A DNA stretch of 64,000 bases from Eledone cirrhosa (taxonomy: Eukaryota), in assembly GCA_964016885.1 (NCBI GenBank), contig OZ024741.1, positions 233,368,001-233,432,000 on the forward strand. Reading direction: 5' to 3'. How positions within the stretch are numbered: the first letter of the stretch is position 1; every line of letters begins with the position of its first letter. Below, in pieces: positions 13,351 through 26,560 of the stretch. The notes beneath the pieces are model-generated. The model had not been told where the DNA came from and made no database searches. It worked only from the letters and a program-made list of their open reading frames with translations. The position numbers were made by a program, and so were the translations under genes.

Positions 13351-16349
13351 GTATAAGGTATTGTCTTCCATACCTAGCATCTGGGCGTAAGTATGCGCGT
13401 GCTGGCGAACTGTGGGTATAGTAAAATGTACTCACCAATCTTACCCTGATTGCTGAGGCAGCTGTGACAAAATGTGTTTATTATATATAAGCATACGGTA
13501 TATTAGTTCATATACACCTTTACAGGATACCCCTGAAAAGACGGAATAATTAAGGTTGGAATAACATTGATTATAGATTTGCTGAATCAGGACTGACCTA
13601 GGGCTAAACAATGTCAGTAACATGTATAATGTTTTAAACTTCAGAGAGTTTGTCAGCTGGAGTAATATCTATGGCAGTTTCTTTGGCCTGTGTGTGTTGT
13701 GCGTGACGGTTTCTGGCGCATGTGTGTGTGTGAGGGTTTATTTTGCGTGTATGTGTGTCTCGACGTGTCAACGTCTCCTTGGTGTATGTGTGGGTGTGAC
13801 TTTATTTTATAGCTGTCTATCGTCTGTCGCTGCTGAGAAAACACCCACCTTTAGCAAGCTTCTTAGCCATAAAAACCGTAAAGTCACCTAACCACTGTCA
13901 TAAATATTCAGGTCACTTCGACCACACTCCCAACATTGCTACTACTACTGCTACTCTCCATTCTTCACACTCTGCCACCACAGCCCTTCTCTCTCTCTCT
14001 CTCTCTCTCTCTCTGCCATTCCTCTGTTTCTTTTTCATCTTTTCCTTTTCTCGCTTTTTCAATAAATAAATACATCTCATTCTATATAATCTGTGACTAT
14101 TGTTATGTACCTCTCAAGTGCACACAAGTCTGAAGGTATTAATTTTCGCAGCCCCCCCCCCCCCTCTTCTTTCTTTTTCTCTCACGCGTCCTGACAGGGG
14201 AAAATGTTTTGTACTGTTCAATGAAGACTAGCTGGGATCATCAAATCCCGCCGAGGTTAACTTTGCCTTTCATCCTTACGGGGTCGATAAAATAAAGTAC
14301 CACTAATGTACTGGGTAATTGCTGGCCTTGTGCCTAAAGTAGAAACAGTTATTTATTTGGGATGGAGGGTCTGAAGGTGCAGCTAAGATATGCCGCCCAG
14401 CCTATGGTGTACAATTTGACCCATGAGGGGAAAATGTTTGATGCAGCAGGTATCGTTAGCTATTGCACAGCTGAGATATACCGTCCAACATTTCTCTGCC
14501 TTTTTTTAGTCATGGTGAAATGAATAAAAATGTAAAGAATTAATAAGTTACTCAATTTTGTCCTCTGTCCTATTCCGATAATAGACAACTATGGTGTCCC
14601 GTTATCTATTTCTCTTCGAAGTTAGCGACGTGGGTTTTTGTTTAGCTCAAGGCCAGCCACGATCAAAGTCGTTCCAGCTATTACGATCCCGTTGGCGGGG
14701 GATGGGTTGTTTCTGTAGCGTAGTGGTTAGGATGTTGTATTTACAAACATTTTTTTTTTTTCTATTGAGAGGTGATAAGTATTGATTTATATCATTGTAA
14801 TAAAACACATAACATAACAATAGTACTCACTCTAGGCCTAGGGTGCCGCGGTATTGGGGATGCACCCCTCGGACAATACCTCAAAAGTCGTGGGTTCGAT
14901 TCCTGGACTGGGCTGTGTTATGTTCTTGAGCAAACACTTGATTTCACGTTGCCCCAATACTCAGCTGAAACTTATAGCTAGGAATTTGGCTCTACGAAGG
15001 ACGGAGGGATGTTTTATACTCTCAGAAAGAACCCGGAATAAACACCGACCTTAAGCGCCCCCCGGCTTGAGACAGACTTTAGTATTTAACCCTTTTGACA
15101 CCAACCCACCAAAAACAGTTTCTGATTCTATGAAACAAAACTGTCCATTTTAAAGGGCCACTATTTATATTAAAATCTTTCAACATAATTTAATATGAGA
15201 ACCTTTTGATAAGCTGTGTTGCAAATATAGAGAAAATAAAAATGTACAACTCACCCATGCAACTTTAGCTGACCTCCTACAAGATTGTATTTCGTTGGAG
15301 GTTTCACGGGTGTTTAATGATACAGACCCTAGTCCTATCATGAAAAGCAACAAGAAACGAAGAGTCTTGCTCAAGAACATAGGCCGAGCTACCACATTGA
15401 GTGACTCTAAAATGAATGAGCACTAGTTAAGACTAGGAACCAATGAAATTATGATCTCAACTCATTACAAGCTCATTTCTTATTGTTAACCACTTCCAAT
15501 TTTAATTAAGTGGGTTACATGAAAGAATTTCAATTCAATTTTAACAGAATCCAACTCTCATAAATATGATAAGGCTGGACCTTTAAATTACAAGTATAAT
15601 CCATTTAATAGGTTCCTGGAAATGTCTGCCTATTTGGGGTCGAAATTGGGGCTTCGTGATTGCGAATCATATCTTAAAGATTCAGCCTTATTTACATCCA
15701 TATGAACAATGTGTTTATACACTCATAATATATTACGTATATGCAGGGTTGTATTATTAGGTGGATTGGCAGTATCGGTAGAAGGTCGGACGCCATGCTT
15801 TGCAGTTACGCCCCTTTATGGTCTGAGTTCAAATCCCGCCGAGGTTCACTTTGCTTTTCATCCTTACGGGGTCGATAAAATAAAGTACCAGTAATATACT
15901 GAGATAATTGCTGGCCTTGTGCCAAAAGTAGAAACAATTATTATTATTTATTTTTTTCTTTCCTCCAAGGTCAACTTTCCTTTCAATCCTTATGGAGTCG
16001 ATAAAATCAAGTACTAATAACGCACTGGGATCGATTTAATCGACTTTCCCCTTCCCCCAAATTGTTGGCCTTGGTCCTAATTCCGAAATAATAATTATTA
16101 TTAATTTCTCTTCCCCATCGTGGTCAACTTTGCCTTTTATCTTCAACACAATAAAATACCAGTAGAGTACTAGGGTCGATTTAATCGACTGTCCCCTCCT
16201 TTTAAAATTGCTGGCTTTGTACTTTTATTAAAATCAATTATTGATTTCTCTAAAATAGAGATGTGGTTTTTGTAATCAGTATGCAAAACTACGTTTATAT
16301 TGAAATTACACTAAAATCGAACTTAGTCCCTGAAACGGAAAAAAAATTA

Positions 16350-16638
16350 AAGCCGGGTTTCAAACACGCGGCCTGCAAACAATTTTCTATGACCCATGGC
16401 AAAACTTTTATCGTTACAAATTAAGGAAAATTTGTACTCCTACATTTTGTACTAATTCACATATTCCACTTATTATCATATGCATTTGCATTTTGATGAA
16501 ATAAATAAATTGCAGTCTATCAGCTGAGTAGCATTATAGCTAGTGGAAATCGTCCCACCCCCATCTCATTTTTAACCCGCAGTGGCATGTCCCCAGGACG
16601 TAATGACCCTTTTGAGTCCTTGAATTTGAGATCCCTGA
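16350..16638. mobile_element. hAT-like MITE
   Basis: GGGTTTCAAACACGCGGCC ... TTTGAGATCCCTG termini. Confidence 0.45.
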
Positions 16639-17171
16639 TCTAAAGTATGTGCAAGGTCGGTGTTCTGGATAAGACTTGCAGTCATCGCCTGCTGCGAGTC
16701 TTTCAACATCAGACACCCGCTTATTTGTCTTCCCCTTAGCATTTACATTACTCTATATTTCCTATTGTATTTTCACGGTAAAGGCTTTATCTCACATAAT
16801 ATCTCGCATAATATCGAATCTGAGATTTTGATATTATTTATTTTGAGAATAATACCATAACATCAGTATGAGTAGCCAATTACGGCTGGTTTGAACAGAA
16901 AGATTTCAGAGAATTCTGGCCGTGTACGGCCGGTTTAAATGCTAAAGGATTAAGAAAACTGAGGTGACGAATTGATAGAGTCGTTAAAACATCAAAAAGA
17001 ATGCCTTGCAGTATTTGTTCCGTCTCTGCATTCTGAGTTCAAATCCCGATGAGGTCAGCTTTGATTTTCATCCTTCCGAGGTCTATAAAAGAAGTAGCAG
17101 TCCAGTATTAGCGTCGATTATTTCTCTATATCTCCTTCTCATTTCCGCTCTATCATTCTCTCCTCTGCAAG

Positions 17172-17322
17172 AAATTGGTTGTGTTCAGACCTGCAGAGGA
17201 GATGGTCTCCGCCAATGCCCAAGAACGTCGTATGTCACAACGGCGCACTCGCTACTCCACCAAGAGTTACAAGTTCATACATGCAATATAGAAACTTACA
17301 TAATACGACGACTGTGGCCTGA
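17172..17322 (+). CDS. Candidate terminal coding exon of an unidentified gene (..NWLCSDLQRRWSPPMPKNVVCHNGALATPPRVTSSYMQYRNLHNTTTVA*)
   Basis: Long pyrimidine tract 17121-17167 then AG; non-repetitive, relatively GC-rich sequence; tandem TGA TGA; AATAAA near 17586. No homology recognised. Confidence 0.3.
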
Positions 17323-17783
17323 TGACGTCCATCACCCACCCTACCAGTAATTGGAACAGACTGGTTGTTGTTTGGCTGAGAGGACTAGGGATTGTTTTTT
17401 ATAGACATGTTTGAATTTAATCTATAGTTGATGCAGAACGGTTTTGTGAGTGTGGTTTGATTGATGGATTTCGGTTAGTGAATTGCATTGCCTTGGTTTA
17501 GATTTTTATTTACTTTTTATTTGACTATATACAGGCTTAGCTATACATATCGTTTCTGGAGTGAAATATATTGACTAAAAATCAAAATAAAACAAATGTT
17601 TTATTTGAAATAAGAAAAAAAATCTGTTAGAGCTTAAAGCGGGAACTGGGCAATTTGACCTATCGACTGTGTGGGTGTAGATAAATGGAACTGCATAGTT
17701 GTGTATGCGTATGTTTAAAGGACGGCTATCTGGGTTGTGTATATGTGTGTGAACGTGCTGCTTTTCGCTGTAGTTGTCTGTTA

Positions 17784-17817
<34 letters not shown>

Positions 17818-18045
17818 AAGAAGGTTAAGTGTATGTCTGATTTTGAAGGCAAGTTTGTAAATATCTTTGTGTGTGGATGTATTTCTATATAGCTGTGTGT
17901 TCGTGTGGAAGGATGTTTCTGCACTTATGTGTAATTGACTTTCGCCCCCCCCCCCCCCCCCCTTCTCTCTCTCTCTCGCTCTCTATCTTTCTCTTTGTGC
18001 GTGTGTGTGTACTTGTTTAGGATGTTTCTGCAGTTGTGTGTAAAT

Positions 18046-18086
<41 letters not shown>

Positions 18087-18239
18087 TGTGTGACTGATCC
18101 ACTGACAATCTGACAATGTTGACATAACCTGTTTCTCAAGCTATGACGAAGCAATAGAGATAATCGGATCCCTTCCCTGATAACTATATATATATATCTT
18201 TCTCTTTCTCTCTTCCACTAACATTCTCTCTTCCACTAA

Positions 18240-18288
<49 letters not shown>

Positions 18289-19194
18289 GGGAGTGTATTA
18301 TGTTTGTGAACTGGGTGTTGTATATAATCATGTCGATAGATGAATGTGCGTGTATCCGTGTTGAAATGTATTTTGTTTCAAATCCTTAGAAGGAGGGAAA
18401 TATATGCTAATACGTGGGTTCGCCTCGCGATTTTAAGGTAGCGAGTGCGATTCTCAGCAATCCTTGAGGGAGACACTTTATTTCACGTTGTTTGCAGTTG
18501 GGAAAAAATTGTTCATATAACTCAAAGGGCCACCCTTGTCGCAGACTGAGACATGTTAAATATCCCTGAGTATTACGTTGAGTATACGTGTTTGTGGAAT
18601 GCTCAGCCACTTGCCAGTTTCACGAGCAGGCTGTCCCATTAGTAAAAAAAACTGGAATACACTCGCTGAAACCGTCGGAGGTCTTACTGTGCGTTGATAG
18701 TGAGTGTGATATACTCGCAAAATCAGTCTTACGAACGTCTGTTATCTAACTCCAGAATAACACCCGTCTGTTGCTCTGAAGAAGCGACATATTAACAGAG
18801 TCGTTAGCACGTCGGATCAAGTGCTTTGCAATATTCGTTTCGGCTCTCTGCGCTCAATTTCTGTCAAGGTCAATTTTGCCTTTCATCCTTGCGATGTCGG
18901 TGAAAATAAAAGTTCCAGTGCCATTTTTTTTTTTTTTACAAAATTTTCAAAATACAAAACCTGACAATATCATGAAAGGCCATTGACATCATCAAAATAA
19001 TTGAACAGTATTTAATAAAAACAAAGCACACTACTAGTTGGATAGGGGGAGGGGGGGCTTTGGCTGTCGCCGGCTCAGGCCTTTTGTCTGCATCCCATTA
19101 CACCCTACACACACACTCTCTCTCAGGCCGCTTGCGTGTGTGTGTGTATGTATGAATATGTCTGTGTGTGAGTTGGCAAATCTATACGCATGTT

Positions 19195-19244
<50 letters not shown>

Positions 19245-19585
19245 TATATATATATATACACAACACATACACCATCTGTGGTAGACTGCCCTCAAATGAA
19301 TTTCTGGTTTTGCTTGATTAACAAGTTTGATAAGCAGATTCTGGCTGAAGTCGGGTCTATAACAAAAATATGGATCTTGAGCCACTCATTTGTGAAACAT
19401 TCGTAACTGAGTCTAATCAATGAAACCTCGTTTTGTTTTTAATTTATACAGCCTGCTATAGCATAGCGTGTTAATATTGGTACCTTCCTGAGTAAACCAC
19501 AAATTAACTGAATCCCCTAATCTCTCTCTCTCGCGTGAACCTAATACCTTTCGTAACTGCACTCCTTGTTGTTGTTATTTACCTT

Positions 19586-19633
<48 letters not shown>

Positions 19634-19732
19634 CTCCATTTCAAAAAGTCGGTACAATGCAATAGAAATATACAAAGGGCAAATAAAACAACAAAGTAAT
19701 CGTTCGTTTTTGTTTTGAACCGTTTCTCCTTC

Positions 19733-19770
19733 ACATTTGAAAAGGGGGTTTTAACCCCGAAATATCATGT
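19733..19770 (+). ncRNA. Minimal hammerhead motif, U3-A8 core
   Basis: ACAT TTGAAAA G-GGGGTT-TT-AACCCC GAAAT ATC ATGT. Stem III is essentially absent, as in minimal Penelope-type hammerheads. Confidence 0.6.
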
Positions 19771-19925
19771 TGAGTTCAAATCCTGCCGAGGTTAGCTTTG
19801 CCTTTCATCCTGACGAGGTTGATAAAATAAAGTCCCAATAATGCTCTGGGATTGATTTAATCGACTTTCCCTTTCCCCCAAAATTATTGACCTTGTGCCT
19901 AAATCAGAAACCAATAATTATACTA

Positions 19926-20027
<102 letters not shown>

Positions 20028-20554
20028 ATATATATATATATATGTGTACAAATATATGTATGTATGTATACATATTTGTATGTGTGTGTGTATATATATG
20101 CATATGTATATATATATATATATATATACCACGCTGTAATGTGGCCGTATAGGTAACACGGTAAAAACCTCCCAGTCCACACTGTAAACGTGGTTGGTGT
20201 TGGGAAGGGCGCCAGACAGTCCTATGCGAGCAAGACAACCACTCTTGCCTCAAGTGGGAAAACTCCCGTCCAAACCCATGCAAGCGTGGAAGATGGACGT
20301 TAAACGATGATGATGATGATGATATATATACAATACAAAGAAATATACAGACACGTGCAAATACATACATATACCCACATATATCCCTGAATTTGTGTGG
20401 TGCCAACCTTAACCGTTGTTGCTCTATGAATAATAGGGACCAAATAATCTGTATGGATTAGATTGATTCAATATCAGAGCTATATAATACATTATAAAGA
20501 AAGAAGAAACATTAAATATAAATAAACAGATATAATATACCTAAATTCCTTCAT

Positions 20555-20650
20555 TATCCTCGACTACGTAGTTTCGTGGCTATTATGCAAAAACATTACA
20601 TCATAGAGATGCAGTATTTTTGTGAGGTTTGCCGACTTATCAAGAGGATA
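20555..20650 (-). ncRNA. Type I hammerhead ribozyme, antisense copy of 20961-21056
   Basis: Near-exact reverse complement in the left arm of the 20481-21130 inverted repeat. Confidence 0.78.
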
Positions 20651-20960
20651 CCTCATTTAGAGTTTCAAAACACGTCCGTAGGACGCGAGATAGAATCCCG
20701 AAAGGCGGAGGGGGAACTTATCACGTGATACAGCGGTCAAGAAACAGAGCTAAGCCTCTTACAACCAAGAGAAAAATACCATAAAAGGCGGAGGGGGTAT
20801 TTATGTCAAGGCCGTAGAAGAGTTGGCTAGGAGGGCGAGAAGTGTGATTAGTGTAAGCTTAACAGCAGTCACTATACGTCAGTGGTTACTCTACCATAGG
20901 GAGTTATAAACAGGATTCTATCTCACGTCCTACGGACGTGTTTTGAAATTCTAAATGAGG

Positions 20961-21056
20961 TATCCTCTTGATAAGTCGGCAAACCTCACAAAAATACTGC
21001 ATCTCTCTGATGTAATGTTTTTGCATAATAGCCACGAAACTACGTAGTCGAGGATA
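20961..21056 (+). ncRNA. Type I hammerhead ribozyme, U3-A8 core variant
   Basis: Stem I TATCCTC/GAGGATA; core TTGATAA; stem II GTCGGC...GCCAC enclosing about 50 nt; GAAAC-TACGTA-GTC (palindromic stem III, GUC triplet, cleavage after 21049). Confidence 0.8.
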
Positions 21057-22012
21057 ATGAAGGAATTTAGGTATATTATATCTTTTTATTTATATCTAAT
21101 GTTTCTTCTTTCTTTATAATGTATTATATATATATATATATATATGTAGGTATACATATTTGTATGTGTGTGTATATATATATATATATGTATGTATATT
21201 TGTATATATGTGTGTATATGTATGTATATTTGTATATGTGTGTATATCTGCATGTATATATATATATGTGTGTATATGTATACATACTTATATATGTGTA
21301 TGTGTGTATAAAGAACCTTTATCCTTCTACAGTCAACTTATACTCTTATGTGGACAACTTATTTTACCGACACATCAATCACTTAAGCCACACCCCTGAC
21401 AAGGGCCAGTCCACTACAAATAGTTTTGTCAACAGTCTGAAATTAGCGGTCGAAAAACCCTGTACAACCTGTGCATGGTCAGATCGTCGGTGACTAAACC
21501 GGCAACCCCACCAAGCTTTCTTACTTGGGGAGGGGGGTGATTTTGGACACCCTGTGGGATGAAAAACAAAACCCATCAAAGGGTGGAGGAACTCAGGAGA
21601 GTCAACGGCCATCCAATAAAGTATTTTATTAGAGTGGCTATGGAGTGAGAGAAACCCTAGTCATCTCTAGAAGAAGGTTACTCTGATGTAAAACCTGCAG
21701 CTTTGTTTGCATCCAATGATGTAGATCAGTTCTACTTTTTCGGTAAATACATTCGAAGTTCAGAAAGTGGGATTGGCTTTGTACAAAGCCTTTCCTCACA
21801 TAAAATAGCTTCAAGCACAGGCATCGCTTAATAAGTAACATCTTTTGTGTTACATGGCGTGGCTATCCTAGGGTTTTGGAACAGATAGTGAAAGGGTCTG
21901 GTCCGGCAGGTGTTCTAGGGCCCAGTCGTCCTGCTACTGCGAGTCCTTAACAGGATTAAACACATTCGTGCTGCTCATGCTTAAGTATCAAGCAAAATTA
22001 AGTAATGCTATC

Positions 22013-22381
22013 AGGCACATGGCTTAGTGGTTAGAGCATTGGCCATGGAGGCACATGGCTTAGTGGTTAGAGCATTGGCCTTGCAATCGAAAGGTTGTGA
22101 GTTCAATCCTCAGACAGGGTGATGTGTTGTTTCCTTGAGCAAGACACTTTATTTCACATTGCTCCAGTTTACTCAGCTGTAGAAATGAGATGATAGGGAC
22201 TGGGGTCCATATCAATCCACTGTAAAGTGGTCGTGGAGGTGCCACGGCAAAAAAGCACCCAGCACTCACTGTAAATGAGGTTGGTGTTAGGAAGGGCATC
22301 CAGCTGTAGAAATCAAGCCAGACTCACTTCCCGTCCCACTCTTGCAAGCAGGGAAAAGTGGACGTAAAATGAAATGATGAT
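22013..22381 (+). mobile_element. SINE family A with a duplicated 5' head
   Basis: Full copy from 22047, preceded by a 32-nt repeat of the head (22013-22044). Confidence 0.88.
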
Positions 22382-22384
22382 ACG

Positions 22385-23505
22385 CATTCATTAATACATA
22401 CATAGAAATGTGAAGGTTACATCATTGGCTCACAGAAGTTACAGAAATATGAACTTAACCCATAATTTCTTTGTGGATGACCTGAAACTCTATACCAAGA
22501 AAATAAATGGGATGAAGAAAAATCTTGACCTGGTTACATTTTCAAAGGATATAGGAATGGAGTTTGGCCAGGATAAATGTTCATATATGATTGGTTTGTA
22601 GTTTTTCCCCACTTTACAATCTAGCAACATTTTTATCAGTGGCCTAACTATCTCACTGATATCCAACGAACACCGCTACAGATAGATGGGGATAGATGAG
22701 AATATATCCCATGATGGTATCTGTAACAAAGAACACGTAACCAGGAATGTTACACTAGATTAAGAAAAATATGGTCATCTGAAATCTCTGTGCACAATAA
22801 AACATTGGCTCACAAGTGAAAATTATGCTTTTGCAATGCAAGAATAGGAAATCAATACAAAATACCTAATTCACAAAAGAGATAGGGATGCAAGCAAAAC
22901 ACCTAGATGTGACAACAAATGCAGACTCTGCAGAATTAATATCAAAGATGTCACCCATGTCATAAGCAGCTGTCCAAAGATGTCATCATAGTACTATCTA
23001 CTGATGTAGTTGCTAAAACACTATACAATGCAATCCATAGAAAAGATAGCCCCGACAATAAACATATTAAAAGCTACAGCATTGTGAAAGACGTACATAA
23101 TATGAAAGAGTACTGGTGGAATGTTCCAGTCAAAATCCCCAATAAAATGCAAACATAACAGATAAGATATAATATATGACAGGGAAAAGAAGCCTTGCAC
23201 AGTAGTGGATGTTAGCTGCCCAGTAGATGCCAATATAATATTAAATATTAGTGAAAAGGAGAATATCTATGCAGAATTAATGAGGAATCTGCAGATACTC
23301 CACCCTGACTATACCTTCAGATTTATACCTGTGATTATTGGGGTACTGGGATATGTTAGTAACTACCTCAGTACAAATCTTGAGAAGCAAGGCTTCACAG
23401 AAACAGAAAGGACACGAGTAGTTAGCAAATTACAAGTACAATCCATTAATGGAACAGTAAAAATATGTAAAACATTCCAAAAATTCTGCATGTAATAACT
23501 GCTTG
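22385..23505 (+). mobile_element. R4/R2-type (restriction-like endonuclease) LINE relic
   Basis: FFVDDLKLY and DIGMEFGQDKC (RT); CRLC...H..S.C zinc knuckle; VDVSCP.D.N...KE..Y..L and IPVIIGVLG (RLE); many stops. Confidence 0.82.
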
Positions 23506-23509
23506 TACA

Positions 23510-26500
23510 CGTCGTCATCATCATCATTTTACATCCGCTTTTCCGTGCTTGCAAGGGTGGGATGAGTCCTATTCAGCACAGCATCTCTCCACTTGTCGAG
23601 GTCTGCTCTCACCACCTCCACCCATGTTTTTCATGGTCTTCCACTACTGCGTCTTCCTTCAACTGGCATTTCTTGGCACTTCTTTACCCAGCGGTCATCC
23701 TCCTTGCGCATCACATGTCCATACCATCGCAGTCTTCTCTCCCGCACACTACAACTTATCCCTCTTAAACAGTTTCTCTCTGAACACATCCATGCTTGGT
23801 CGTTCACTGACATTGCACATCCAACGGAGCATGCTTGCCTCATTTCTCTCCAGCCGTCACATATCCTCTGCAGTTGCTGCCCATCTCTCACTACCATGCA
23901 GTATCGCACACCTCACACAGGCATCATATAACCGGCCTTTCGTACGCAGGGAGAAACCCTTCTTCATCAGCAGAGGAAGCAACTCCCTAAGCTTCTTCCA
24001 ACCCATCCTTATTCTAGATACTATGGCCTCGGTCCACCCCCCCCTCCTATGCTAATCTGATCACCTAGGTACCGGAAGCTATCAACCACTTCTATAGAAC
24101 CTACCTGCATTTGAAAAATGTGTCTATCAATGCGACTTCTACTGTCAAATTTCCCTGTACATCTGCTGCATACGTATTTTCCCCTACCTGTTAGTTTGCC
24201 TGCTATCCCACTACATCTCTTGTGTACCCAAGATCTGCATTGTGTACATTTTATAGAATTTATGCCAGTTCCTTTTCTGCATATCGAACATGGCCATTTC
24301 CCTGAGTTTTGTCCTCTTTTCTACTTATCAACACTTTTGTCTTAGCTAGGTTCATTCTCAGTCCTCTTAATTCCAACTGCTGTTTCCAAGCCAGAATTTA
24401 TTCTCTAGCTCCTCTACTGATTCTGCTATAAGAACCAGTTCATCCACATAGAGAAGTTCCCATGGGCAGCCAGTCTTAAACTCCTCTGTTATGGCTTGGA
24501 GGACTATAAAGAACAAGAGCGGGCTGAGGACCGAACCCTGATGTATACCTACTTGTATCTGGAATTCCTTGTTGTACTTTTCTCAGGCACAAAACCAAAC
24601 TGCATCTCATCTAGTTTGACCTTTTCTCTAATTAGTTGCGCTAATATCCTTTCTGCCACTTTCATAACCTGATCCATCAGCTTTATGCCCCTATAATTGC
24701 TCCTCTCTAGAGCATCCCCTTTACCTTTGTAACAATTTATGAGAATACTGCTGCCCCAGTCTTTGAGTATGACACCACCATATATAGCTTGATTAATGAT
24801 GCGTGCAACTAGTTTAGTGCCTACTTCTCCTGAAGCCTTCAGCATCTCAGCAACTATCCCCGACGGCCCAGCAGCCTAACCATTCTTCATTTCCTTAATT
24901 GCCCCTTGTACCCTATATTCGTCAATCTCAATAGCTGGTCCCTCTGTCGGGTCTACTGGGGGTAATTCCTCTCTGTCCCATTCGTTCTTTACATTCATCA
25001 GTCTCTCATAATGACATTTCCAGGCCTCCTTCTTTTGATCATTCGTGACACTAAGTACACCGGCATCATTCTGGACACACTTATCTCCAACAACATCCTG
25101 ATTTGCACTGACACACTGCCTTGCAATGCGGAACACCGCCCATCTCTGATCTTCCCATTGCAGAACATTGGCAAACCTCCTACTCTCAGCCTCCCTGCGT
25201 GCTAAGTACACCTGATGTCTAGCTTCTTTCTTAGTGGCTGTGTATCCGTCTCTACTCCCACCATTTTTCCAAGCTTTCCATGCCAGTCTTTTGTCTCTAA
25301 TGGCCCTATCTACGGTGCTGTTCCACCACCAGGTCACTCTCTGTCTGGTTGGAGCTCTGCTCCAGCCACAAGTTTCTTCAGTAGCTTGCAGTAATTTGTC
25401 ACGCAAGAAATTCCTGTTATCATCTATGTCATACAACTCTAAATCGTCTTCTTTTTCGTTGTACACATCTTGTGAAAGGTCTTTCAGCTTCCAGACATTT
25501 CTTTTCCACATCTTCCTGTATGTCTCATGCTTACTGAGATATCACTAACGACTAACCTGTGCTGTGGGGTACATTCTATCCCAGGGTATGCCTTGGTATT
25601 TGACACCATCTGTCTGTCTCGCTGCCTAACTAGCAAGAAGTCAATCCGGCTTATGTGCTCGCCTGATTTGTAGGTTATTAGGTGGTTGGCAGGTTTCTGG
25701 AAGTTAGTGTTGCAAATGGTTAGTGCACTTGCATCACAAAATTCAAGAAGCCTCACTCCTTCTTCATTCTTGAGCCGTAACCATGTACTCCAGTGTATCC
25801 ATCCTGGAGCTGTCCAACATGACCATTGAAGTCCCCTGCTAGCATAACGATGTCTCCATCCTCTGTCATTGTGGCTGTTAGTAAAAGTTGCTCGTAAAAG
25901 CAGTCTTTCTCTTCTTTACCTAGGCCTACCTGGGGACCATAGGGAGAGATGATTGTCAGTAGTCTCTTGCCTACAACTAATCTAAGCTTAATTATTCTAT
26001 TACTAACTCTAACTACCTTTATTGTCTTATCTATCCATCTCTCAGCCAGTAAAATGCCTACCCCACCTAACCCATCATCATTACCCTCTCAGAAAAGCTT
26101 ATAATTAAGATGTTTGCTTGCGATTAGTCTTGCAGAGGCACCTCTCCATCTCACCTCTTGCACATAGCACACATCCACATGCCTTCTCTCCAGCATCTCC
26201 ACTATCCCACCATATCTACCTGTTAGACTGGCAACTCTGAGATGCGACGTTTTCATATTCTTGTTCTTTTTCCTGTAGTGCGATTGCTTGGGGGTTCTCG
26301 CACATGGCTGCACCAGCCACGCCACTACCGTGTGCAGCCCTAACATGGTTAGTGTTATTGCTGTTGACGCAGTTGCTGCAATTCTCATTTGTTGTGCTCA
26401 TAGTTTTTGGCAGTAGTATATATACTGGTTGGATGCCCTTCCTAACACCAGCACCACTTTACAGCATGGACTGGGTGCTTTTATTCGTACCACCAGCACT

Positions 26501-26560
26501 AGAGGGGTTGTCTTACTGGACACAGGGGCCCTATCCACCCCTCAGATACAAAACATATGC
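23510..26560 (-). mobile_element. Near full-length decayed RTE LINE (EN + RT) with internal deletion
   Basis: Fragments [35 protein letters not shown] and RRLRWYGHV in several frames; (ATG)n tail at about 23512-23528. Confidence 0.9.

Larger units (their letters stand above)
20481..21130. mobile_element. Non-autonomous Penelope-like fold-back element
   Basis: Near-identical inverted arms of about 218 bp (20481-20698 / 20913-21130) around a spacer of about 214 bp; one hammerhead per arm; right end abuts (TA)n. Confidence 0.75.

Noticed and set aside
20481-21130. Interpreting the long inverted repeats as DNA-transposon TIRs (MITE/Foldback)
   Set aside because: The arms are asymmetric in extent, carry hammerhead motifs and lack recognisable transposase-family termini, which fits Penelope-like inverted terminal repeats better; not formally excluded.
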